A stretch of DNA of 63,037 nucleotides, counting the filler, from Pelomyxa schiedti (Eukaryota > Protista > Evosea), in the NCBI GenBank assembly GCA_020536535.1. It is 7 parts of 7 records of this genome, joined end to end, with 100 filler letters (N's around TTAATTAATTAA, not from the genome) between each part and the next. Parts side by side here need not be neighbours in the genome. Positions count along the whole stretch, not along the records: positions 1 to 17,480 come from JAHLWZ010000170.1; 6 more parts are not named here. The stretch is one strand, 5' to 3'. Shown piece after piece: positions 1 to 10,999 of this stretch. The stretch's first letter is position 1, and each line of letters opens with the position of its first letter. Below the pieces are notes generated by a model that worked only from the letters and a program-made list of their open reading frames with translations, did not search any database and had not been told where the DNA came from. The position numbers were made by a program, and so were the translations under genes.

Positions 1-2367
1 TAATTGTGGGGTTATGCAAGATCGAGTACAAGCTGCCTTTTGGCATATATTCCATTGCAAAGCACATGTCTGGAGGATCCATGCAGCATCCAAAAAATTG
101 CAACACATTGGGGTGTCTCAGCGATCTTGCATAAGTCATTACAAGATGATAATGGATAAAAAGAGAAAAAAAACCTCATGATATCAACCTCTTTTCTGAA
201 TTTCTGTTGGAACTCATTGCCACTGTAGGCTGGAGGAAGTCGTTTGATTGCAATTGTAACCCCTCTCCACTTGGCTTTGTAAACCTAGATGATGAAAAGA
301 AGATTAATTTATTTCACGGGTCTCAATTACAAACCTCCCCAAAAGTTCCTGATCCTATCCGACCCTCAAGTTGAATATCTTGCATATCAAGTGTTTCTGT
401 AGATACTTCAAGTGTGAGTAATAGAGAAGTGTTGTTTAATCCGCATACACAATACTTGAGGCAGGCGTTGTTTCTTTCTTCTTCTACATAATGCAACAGT
501 GGCTATCATCGTCCCCGAAAACAAAATAATACAAACCAGAAGTACAAGAACACCTATAGTGTGCTGTTCCAGAAAATTCTCTAGGAAGAATGAGAGGAAG
601 AAACCAGGGTGCCTCAACAAACCATCTTTAAAAGAAAATAAAATTGGTGTGCAAAATTGTTGGGAGTTGAGGGCTAAGGATAAGTTGACAGTTTCCTTCT
701 GTGTCCATTCTGGGGTAGTGCATAAGACATCTCCAGTTTCGTACCTAAATGTAACTGTAAAAGGTAACCCTAACAAGATGTAGATTATTACTTTCCCTCG
801 GCGAATTCCACAGTTCCGTCATGCCCTGTAAACATACAGGATAGCAGGGAACCTGTATCATAAATATTGTTTCCAGACAACCGAAGTGTAGTTCCTCCAG
901 CAATGAGTCCACTGGAAGGATCAACTTTGAGAAGCACCACCTGGTCTATACATGGAAGTAAATAAGAGGAAGGACCTGCCTCTTATACCATAAAAAGTGT
1001 ACACAGCTTGGCTGATCTAAAATGGCGTTATGAGAAAAAATTCCTGAGAAGGAAATCATACCGCCAGAGAGGCATCTGCTTTATAACTGACAGTGAAGTT
1101 GAAAACACCTTTTTCTGGGGAGGGTGGTGCAGTGCACTCAATGGTAGTATCAGAGATGTAGGTTCCATTACCTCGGAGTTTCAGTGAAAATATGATAGAG
1201 ATTATTAAATGAGAGATACCTATTTGATTCCCAAAGTGGCAATTAATTTGAGATGACTCAAAAAAATTGTTGCCATAAACCAGGACCTGGGTGCCCCCTG
1301 ATATTGGCCCACAATTTGGGAAAAGTGACGACACAGTTGAAGGGGTGAAATCATAGGTAAAGAGTATAGTAATATAGCTGAGGCAGATTGAGTTGGTGAG
1401 GACAACTACCTGAAGTTATTAGATAAAGCCACTTATTTTCCCATACTTGAATAGTATTTATCCCAGAAGTGTTATATGTTGGCCACCCCTGCAATCCAGT
1501 TTCAGTAAGCACTACTTGCATAGCACAATTTGGGCAACGACATGTTGAGAGAGGAAATGTTGTGCTGTCGGTGTCCACCTGTTTTCTCCCAAGATAAAGC
1601 AAGATCTGAAGGAAAAGAAAGTAACTCAGGTGGCCACACTACGAAAAAGGCAACCGACGCTGGAGTCGTGAAGGATGTACAACTGTAGACACCCATCAGA
1701 AAAAAAGTTATCTCAGTTATAACAGATCCAAAGGGAGTTGGGTCAACAAAAGATTTAACTCCATTTGCCCAGCTATTAGAGCTATAAAGCACATTAGATT
1801 GTCGGTAGAGTTATGTATGCTTTTCATACTCTGAACTGCAGGCATAGTGCGAAGTGTAGTTCCATGAAGCACACTTGTCACATGTAATTCCCCCACTCTA
1901 TTTTCCGTTTAAATTTCGAAATTTCCATTTCACCTGCTTGAACACTAACTAACATATTAGACAAGAACACGCACCCATTCCACAGTGGATGTTGCTGTCC
2001 CACCATCCAAGAATCCATCAATACCACCACCATCACCACTGGGCCTATTTACACCATATTGTCCACCAATCGTTGAGGTGGCAGCAACACTGCTGGAGCC
2101 AACACCAACAGTAACCCCCACCACTCCAGTCCTTCTTCCAGTTGAAATTCCAATCCCTCCACTATTAATTCTGGGTTTCAACAAATTTGTGGGTTGTTGC
2201 TGAATGTGATTTTGATGACGTTGGTGGGTTGCAACTGCAGCGCCACGAAAACAACAAATGGTCGCGAGCAACAGTAGCAGGGCGCAGCCCATAACTGCAA
2301 CACAGCCCCTGCCGCGGTAATAAATATAAGGGCCACGCCTCGTCGACGTGGTGCCTGGCACGCCCAT
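1..2367 (-). CDS. Receptor-like TKL protein kinase, copy A (signal peptide, Cys-rich region, 2 IPT/TIG domains, TM, kinase); multi-exon, 3' end outside window
   Basis: Hydrophobic N-terminus (CALLLLLATICCF). IPT-like exons (SSLFPNCGPISGGTQVLVYGNNF; VDPSSGLIAGGTTLRLSGNN). TM (TIGVLVLLVCIILFSGTMIATVAL-CRRRKK). Kinase subdomains I-V (RIGSGTFGE/VYKAKWRGVTIAIK...LRHPNVLQFFGCC...MEYMPKGSL). Confidence 0.85.
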
Positions 2368-2697
2368 CGGTCCAATAAATGAAGTGACACGAAAACGATA
2401 ACGAAAATGCACCAAAGGTGATGGCGGGTGATCAACACCCCAATCTCTGGGGGATCTGATTCGAAAGGACTGCCGCCAGCATCTCCACCCAAGTGACCGT
2501 GGACACTCAGAGCTTCCCCAATTGGCAAAGCCTGTTGTTTTCCTGGTTGTGAACGACCTTCCGCCAACAGATTAAAGATCCAATTTAACGTTTCAACAAC
2601 AAAAAAAAAGGGATCTGTACGGACACCCAACGCGTGCGGTGTGCGGATAAGCGATACTTAAAAGAGTGACGGTGACAGTCTTGTATTGTTGAGATCT

Positions 2698-2858
2698 ATG
2701 TCGACTGCGGCCTTCCTTGACAACTTGCAGTATTCAGCGTGCACTGCTCAGAATGAATTCCAACACTCCACACTGGACGAACTGAGGGTTAAGCATTGGC
2801 ATGATCCTCAAGTATTTATGTCTGTTTTGGCTTTTTTTTGTTTTTTTTCTTTCCCACT
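2698..2858 (+). other. Duplicate 5' fragment of the GLEBS-like gene at 5848 (haplotype copy)
   Basis: Nearly identical to 5848-6008. It ends at the chimeric junction at about 2859. Confidence 0.8.
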
Positions 2859-3046
2859 GTTGTACATCCTTCACGACTCCAGCGTCGGTTGCCTTTTTCG
2901 TAGTGTGGCCACCTGAGTTACTTTCTTTTCCCATACTTGAATAGTATTTATCCCAGAAGTGTTATATGTTGGCCACCCCTGCAATCCAGTTTCAGTAAGC
3001 ACTACTTGCATAGCACAATTTGGGCAACGACATGTTGAGAGAGGAA
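2859..3046. other. Chimeric sequence (inversion plus jump), probable amplification or assembly artefact
   Basis: 2859-2931 is the reverse complement of 1611-1683. 2926-3046 is a direct copy of 1436-1556. The two share TTTTCC microhomology at the join. Confidence 0.85.
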
Positions 3047-3146
3047 NNNNNNNNNNNNNNNNNNNNNNNNNNNNNNNNNNNNNNNNNNNNNNNNNNNNNN
3101 NNNNNNNNNNNNNNNNNNNNNNNNNNNNNNNNNNNNNNNNNNNNNN

Positions 3147-5517
3147 TAATTGTGGGGTTATGCAAGATCGAGTACAAGCTGCCTTTTGGCATATATTCCA
3201 TTGCAAAGCACATGTCTGGAGGATCCATGCAGCATCCAAAAAATTGCAACACATTGGGGTGTCTCAGAGATCTTGCATAAGTCATTACAAGATGATAATG
3301 GATAAAAAGAGAAAAAAAACCTCATGATATCAACCTCTTTTCTGAATTTCTGTTGGAATTCATTGCCACTGTAGGCTGGAGGAAGTCGTTTGATTGCAAT
3401 TGTAACCCCTCTCCACTTGGCTTTGTAAACCTTGATGATAAAAAATTTATTAATTATGCCACGGGTCTTAATTACAAACCTCCCCAAAAGTTCCTGATCC
3501 TATCCGACCCTCAAGTTGAATATCTTGCATGTCAAGTGTTTCTGTAGATACTTCAAGTGTGAGCAATAGAGAAGTGTTGTCTAATCCGCATACACAATAC
3601 TTGAGGCAGGCGTTGTTTCTTTCTTCTTCTACATAATGCAACAGTGGCAATCATCGTCCCCGAAAACAAAATAATACAAACCAGAAGTACAAGAACACCT
3701 ATAGTGTGCTGTTCCAGAAAATTCTCTAGGAAGAATGAGAGGAAGAAACTAGGGTGCCTTAACAAACCATCTTTAAAGGAAAATAAAATTGGTGTGCAAA
3801 ATTGCTGGGAGTTGAGGGATAAGGATAAATTGACAGTTTCCTTCTGTGTCCATTCTGGGGTAGTGCATAATACATCCCCAGTTTCATACCTAAATGTTAC
3901 TGTAAAAGGTAACCCTAACAAGATGTAGATTATTACTTTCCCTCGGCGAAATCCACAGTTCCGTCGTGCCCTGTAAACATACAGGATAGCAGGGAGCCTG
4001 TGTCATAAATATTGTTTCCAGACAACCGAAGTGTAGTTCCTCCAGCAATGAGTCCGCTGGAAGGATCAACTTTTAGAAGCGCCACCTGCTCTGTACATGG
4101 AAGTAAATAAGAGGAAGGACATGACCTCAAGTACCATAAAAAGTGTACACAGCTTGGCTAATCTAAAATGCATTATGAGAAAAATTTCCTGAGAAGGAAA
4201 TCATACTGCCACAGAGGCATCTGCTTTATAACTGACAGTGAAGTTGAAAACACCTTTTTCTGGGGAGGGTGGTGCAGTACACTCAATGGTAGTATCAGAG
4301 ATGTAGGTTCCATTACCTCGGAGTCTCAGTGAATATATGAGATATGTTATTACATGAGAGATACTTATTTGATTCCCAAAGTGGCAATTAATTTGAGATG
4401 ACTCAAAAAAATTGTTGCCATAAACCAGGACCTGGGTGCCCCCTGATGTTGGCCCGCAATTTGGGAAAAGCGAAGACACAGTTGAAGGGGTGAAATCATA
4501 TGTAAAGAGTATAGAAATATAGCTGAGGCAAATTGAGTTGGTGAGTACAACTACCTGAAGTGTATTAGATAAAGCCATTTGTTTTCCTCATACTTGAATG
4601 GTATTTATCCCAGAAGTGTTATAGGTTGGCCACCCCTGCAATCCAGTTTCAGTAAGCACTACTTCCATAGCACAATTTGGGCAACGACATGTTGTGACGG
4701 GAAATGTGGTGCTTTCGGTGTCCACCTGCTTTCTCCCAAGATAAAGCAAGATCTGAATGAAAAGAAAGTTACTCAGGAGGTCACACTAGGAAAAAGGCAA
4801 CCGACGCTGGAGTCGTGAGGGATGTACAACTGTAAACACCCATCAGAGCAAAAGTTATCTCAGTTATAACAGATCCAAAGGGAGTTGGGTCAACAAAAGA
4901 TTTAACTCCATTTGCCCAGTTATTAGAGCTATCAAACACATTAGATTTTCGGTATTGGCTCTGAGTTGCCATACTCTGAACTGCAGGCGTAGTGCGAAGT
5001 GTAGTTGAACGAAGCACACTTATCACATGTGACTCCCCCACTCTACTTTCCGTTTAATTTGGGAAATTTCCATTTCAATTGCTTGAAAACTAACATATTA
5101 GATAAGAACACGCACCCATTCCACAGTGGATACTGCCGTCCCACCATCCAAGAATCCATCGATGTCACCATCACCAGCACTGGGCCTATTTACACCATAT
5201 TGTCCACCAATCGTTGTGGTGGCAGCAACGGCAGCAACACTGCTGGAGCCAACACCAACAGTAACTCCCACCACTCCAGTCCTTCTTCCAGTTGAAATTC
5301 CAATCCCTCCACTATTAATACTGGGTTTCAACAACTTTGTGGGTTGTTGCTGAATGTGATTTTGATGACGTTGGTGGGTTGCAACTGCAGCGCCACGAAA
5401 ACAACAAATGGTCGCGAGCAACAGTAGCAGGGCGCAGCCCATAACTGCAACACAGCCCCTGCCGCGGTAATAAATATAAGGGCCACGCCTCATCGACGTG
5501 GTGCCTGGCACGCCCAT
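3147..5517 (-). CDS. Receptor-like TKL protein kinase with IPT/TIG ectodomain, copy B; 3' end lost at gap
   Basis: Colinear with 1-2367, with the same exon structure and motifs. It starts at the same base (TAATTGTGGGG) after the 100-N gap. Confidence 0.85.
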
Positions 5518-5847
5518 CGGTCCAATAAACGAAGTGACACGAAAACGTAACGAAAATGCACCAAAGGTGATGGCGGGGTGATCAACACCCCAATCTCTGG
5601 GGGATCTGATTCGAAAGGACTGCCGCCAGCATCTCCGCCCAAGTGATCGTGGACACTCAGAGTGTCCCCAATTGGCAAAGCCTGTTGTTTTCCTGGTTGT
5701 GAATGACCTTCCGCCAACAGATTAAAGATCCAATTTAACGTTTCAACAACAAAAAAAAAGAGATCTGTACAGACACCCAACGCGTGCGGTGTGCGGATAA
5801 GCGATACTTAAAAGAGTGACGGTGACAGTCTTGTATTGTTGAGATCT

Positions 5848-6981
5848 ATGTCGACTGCGGCCTTCCTTGACAACTTGCAGTATTCAGCGTGTACTGCTCA
5901 GAATGAATTCCAACACTCCACACTGGACGAACTGAGGGTTAAGCATTGGCATGATCCTCAGGTATTTATGTCTGTTTTGGCTTTTTTTGTTTTTTTTCTT
6001 TCCCGCTGTTTGATCTTGTGCACTCTCTTTCTCTGTTTCTTGGCTTTGCGATGTAATGATGATTTTTTTTTTCCTGCCAAGCCATTTTGCGCTTCAACGC
6101 CTGCTGCGTCGAACCCGTTCTCGTTTCCTGTGTCCCAGCTGTCGACTGCACCAGCGCTTTTTCCGAACGTTCAGCAATCCACAGCATGGAATCCGCCCGC
6201 GCAAACTCAGCAAGGGTTCTCTTTTCCCCAGCTTCAACCTGTTCCCCAGTCCGCAGTATTGGCACCCTCCATTTTCCAAAACACGCAACCGCAACAGGCA
6301 CCCCAGTCACAATTCCAATTCAACTTCCCCAAGACTACACAATCATTCACGCCCTCCACCCATGTGGCTGCCCCACCGGCAAATGCTGAAACACCGGCAA
6401 CGGAGCTACCGAGAATTACGGAGGCAGATTTCCGTTCTCCGAGAGCCAGGGATGCCGCTGCTAACTTAGAATACAATGCCGTTACCGCTGGCCCGGGGCT
6501 CAATGATTTTACGTTAGATGAACTTAGGATCACCCATTGGATGCAACAGGTATCCTTCTTCAGAATGTGTCATTACGTAACTCCGCCTAGAATTCCAACA
6601 CGGTACCTTCTGTATCCCCTATGTTCAAGCCGTTGCTCCAAGGTTCTTGAGAGTGTAAATGTATCTCGAAACTAACCTTTTATCACTAAGGCACGGAGAC
6701 CATTCTTGTGTCCAACACGGCAAGATGCCTTGCTATAATAGCTCAGCTCAAGCGCAATGGCCGGATTGATGCTGAAACCAAAGGAAGGCTGAAGGACCTT
6801 ACACTTTCAAGTGACAAGGCTTTATTGGTATGGTTAACAAACCCTATCAACAATCCAACCGCAACCCAATTACCGCAACGCAATCCCTCTTACTTCACAC
6901 CAGGCAGCCGCCGAAGTTGCAGCCATAGATGGTGACATGACAGATTTCCTTGACACCGCAATGCACAGGCTACACACCTAA
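5848..6981 (+). CDS. Protein with two GLEBS-like (Nup98 Rae1-binding-like) motifs, Q/P-rich FxFP linker and small helical C-terminal domain; multi-exon
   Basis: Repeats NLQYSACTAQNEFQHSTLDELRVKHW and NLEYNAVTAGPGLNDFTLDELRITHW. The last exon reads AAAEVAAIDGDMTDFLDTAMHRLHT* after a CAG acceptor at 6903. Confidence 0.65.
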
Positions 6982-7273
6982 AGCACCCCTCTTGCACACA
7001 CAAACAGCAACAACAACCACCATCGCACTCAACAAGGGAGAGGGCCTTTGTGAGTTCCGTTGCTGTTTGTTGTTGCAACCTACATCCTCCTACTCACGCC
7101 CTTCAGTTGTGTTTGTTGAATCAATCGAGTATCTGTTATCTGTTGTTTAGCCAAAATTTGAAAAATAAACACCGTTTGGGAGGTGATACGATCTTGGGGC
7201 CGACAAACGAGAAGAGAAAAAAACTCTCGCCTCGGACTTGTTGTGAGTAGAGGACGGTGAGAGGGATTGTGGG

Positions 7274-10200
7274 ATGTTGAGGGAGTTGTTTCCGGTGACT
7301 GTGAAGTCCGTGAAAATAGTGGACACTGAGGTACTGCAGGAGACAAAGCTACTGTTCGTAACGTCCTCTTATGTGGTGTGTAGTACGTTGTTATTAATTA
7401 ATTGTGGGTGGCACTGTGTGAGGAGTTTGCTGAATTTAAGTAGGCCGTTTTCTTTTTTTGTTTGCTTTGTGTTGTATTGTTTGGGGCTATTTTGTTTGGG
7501 AAATGGTACTTATACTGTGCACAGAAGTATGTAATTGAAGTGGAGAGTGAGAGCTGCAGGTGGCTCGTTTCAAGGAGATTTTCGGATTTTGAGGAGCTCC
7601 ACAAGAAGGTAGTAAGTGTGCTTGTGGAGAAGGTTTTATTAACACGCAATGAAAACAAGCTTGTAGTGAAGGGAATTATTGGGCTGCCACAGCTGGCTGA
7701 GAAGAAGCTAGGTGGCTCTTCAGCTCCTGTTGTGGATCAGAGGCAATCTCTGTTTACAAGCTATCTGCAACATTTGGTTAGTTCATCGCAAATTCTCGAT
7801 TCCAAGGAAGTGAGAGCATTTTTGGATCTCAGTGCTCAAGTATTTTCCCTCACCTAGTTTGCAAATACTTACAACTACCAGGAGAAGCGTGTTATAAGCC
7901 TCAAAATAAATAACCGTTCTCTTACACTCCCGCCTGTGCAGCTCCTCCAGCTTACAGAACTGCAGGAGTTGGATCTTTCATTCAACATGATAACAAGTGT
8001 ACCATTTGATGCCCTCGCTCCAACCATAAAGGTTTTTTGCACCTAATGGAGAAAACTAAACCGCGATTAGGATTTAAATTTAAGTAACAATCAGATCTCG
8101 GTATTGGAGCCAACAATTGCGGCTCTTAAACCCTATTATTTGAATTTGAGTAACAATTCATTGGTTTGGTCCCTCACTTCTACGTGGAAGCTATTAATAT
8201 TCTACCAGACACTGCTTCCGTCAGAGCTGGGGCAGCTCACATCATTGATACGCCTCGATCTGAGTAACAACTCAATAGAAGCCATCCCACCTGATATGCT
8301 GTCAAAATTAACATCCCTCCAAGAGCTATCACTTTGCAATAACATGCTAGTAATTCCAGCCCTCCAACTATACTAAATTATTAATACCAACTCAAGGCTA
8401 TTATTCCCCCAGAAATGCCCCTAATGCCCAACCTCTCAATTCTGGATATATCTGATAACTATATCAAAGAAGTGAGTGCGACACTTATAAGTGGATTGAA
8501 ATCTGTAACACGCTTGCTGCTGAGGAACAACATGATAAAAATTGTTCCTAGTGAGTTATGGACCTTGCCAAACTTGAAATTTGTTGGTATCACACCCTGA
8601 CTACGTTCCCTATAACGGAAGATAGATTTTTCTGGGAACCCAAAATTGAGGAAGATTGCTCCAGGATTAATTCCCTCTCACATCGAATTTCATTGTGATG
8701 CAAATAAAGAAAAGTTGCCTAGTGCAAGTCCTGCAACAAAATCATCACCTTTTACATTGGCAACACTATCTCGATTACGGAAAAAAAAAGATAAAAAAGG
8801 TAACCTGTCATCTAATCAAAGTATGTCTTTACACATACGCAGGTATGGAAATTAGTCGCCCCACGTCGTGTAGTATGCAGGCTCATATCGGAGAGGATTT
8901 GAACTGGAATATAGCCGATCCCGAGTCGGAGATAGTACGAATTGGTGTACTTGGTGCTGGGTAGGTCTCAACTTGTAAAACCTCATTAATACTTTCTTGA
9001 AGAGCATTTGGAACTGTGTATCATGCGCTGTGGCATGGAACCTATCCCCTTGCCGTAAAAATCGTGCTACCTGTTCCTCACAGTTCCTCTGAAAGTACAA
9101 CCAATGAAAGCAATCCCGCCACCAGTTCCCTTGTTGAAACTGAACTGGCGGTGCTAAAGCAGTGCCGTCACCCCAATACTGTCGGGTACATGGGATTTCT
9201 AGAACTTCGGTCTGAAATTTGGGTGTGCCTCTTCGCGTATTTTTAAATTACTTAAATGAAACGAATTTAGATGATGATGGAGTTCTGTGGTGGAGGAAGT
9301 GTACGAGATATCATTGAAAACACAGAGGAGTTGCCTACCGAATGCATTGTATATATCATTGAAGGAGCATTAAAGGGGCTACAATATTTACACTCCCGCT
9401 CTATTGTGCACTTGGATATCAAGGGAGGAAGTATCCTTTTTTTTCCCCAGATCCTCACTAGATCAAAAAAACTCCTTAATTTTCACAATATATTTTGATT
9501 GATTCTCATGGTGTACCAAAGCTCGGTATTATCCATTTTTTCCCCTGTGGTTGGCTAAAAAATCTCCATAATAGCTGATTTTGGAGTTGCTTCTCAACTA
9601 ATGGAACAAAGAGAATCTCCGCAGGAGCCATCAACTCCTGCATCACCATCGGGGCCTGCAACTTCGGGATTAATCTCCCGACTGTCTGCTGCTGCCAGCG
9701 CAGCAGCTAATGTGATTATTACTCTCACACAAGGAGGCCCAAAAAAACCTGCTGCAAGAGGAACCCTCTGCTGGATGGCTCCTGAAATTCTCATGCAATT
9801 TCCTTACTCACCGAAAGTACTAAGTCGACTCCTTTAACATTAAATTACTGTACCTGCAGGCTGATATATACAGCCTGGGGAAAACAGCTTATGAACTGGC
9901 AGAAGGAAATCCACCATATTCTGATGCTCCAACATTAGAGGAGGTAAGATTTTAGTCAGGTACCCCAAAAACTCATTGGAATAGATTGCCCATCACATTA
10001 TAAGCGAACCATGTCCGGAGCTCAAGAAAAAGGCTTCCGAGAGTTCTCTCCAAAACTTTATTACTACTTGTACAGCTAGGAATCCTGACGCCCGTCCAAT
10101 GACGGACCAGCTTCTTTGTGTATGCGCTCTCATATTCCAATTCCGCACTCACCACTTTCTTAGCATGCATTATTCCATGAGTATAATGACCCAACCCCAC

Positions 10201-10757
10201 CCGCACCAAGCACACCAACAACATCCAAGACGTCACGGTCACTATCACCCAGCCGTGTATCACCACAACCACCCGATACCACGTCCAAACAGAAATTCAA
10301 CGGCAAAATGCTACTTGAAATAGCATTAGCCGCACAAAACGCCAAGCGGGCCAAAAAGCAACCCCTCAACAACGTTTCACTCCCTGAACCTTCTACTACC
10401 ACAATAGCTTCCGCAACTGCATCCACATCCACATCATCATCCAGCAGCCCATCAATGACTCCACCATCGCCGGCCTTAAACCAATCCACAACACCCCCTA
10501 CATTGCACCTATCTTCACCTTCTCCAACGGTTCTATCCCCATCATCATCATCAGCAACCAATTCCACAACAGCTACATCACCCTCAACAACAAACACAGT
10601 ACAATCTCAATCACAAGGGGAGGTAGCTACCAGTGATGCTAAAAACACTCCCAAGTCAAAGAGTGACAAGAAGAGAGAGAAGAAGGAACAGAAGGCCAAG
10701 GAAAAAGCAGAGAAGAAAGCCAAGAAAGATAAAGCAACAACCACCAGTTCCCACTAA
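7274..10757 (+). CDS. PX domain - LRR - CRIB-like - STE20/PAK-like Ser/Thr kinase with S/T/P-rich and Lys-rich tail; multi-exon
   Basis: PX (YVIEV...WLVSRRFSDFEELHKK...VVDQRQSLFTSYLQHL). LRRs (LxxLDLSNNxI). CRIB-like EISRPTSCSMQAHIG. Kinase motifs GVLGAG, LAVK, MEFCGGGSVRD, HLDIKGG, ADFG, GTLCWMAPE, ADIYSLG, ELAEGNPPY. Confidence 0.85.
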
Positions 10758-10999
10758 TCATCTCACCCAAAAAAAAAAAACCCAACAACATCAACACATG
10801 TACAAATAGAAACGAACTTGTGCACATCTCTTCGGTCGGCCAATTTGGTTCAATCACTGGCAGTTGCCAATTTGGTTTTTCTGTTCCGTTTAAATACACA
10901 ACGAAAAAACTTCAAATCAAAAAAAAAAACAAACCAAACAAGCACAAAGCAACACTGTCTTTTTTTATTTTTTAAAATTTTAAACACAACAACAAATAA

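Noticed and set aside
1790-1930. Apparent in-frame stops suggesting recoding or pseudogenisation in kinase copy A
   Set aside because: Explained by short GT-AG introns at the same positions in copy B.
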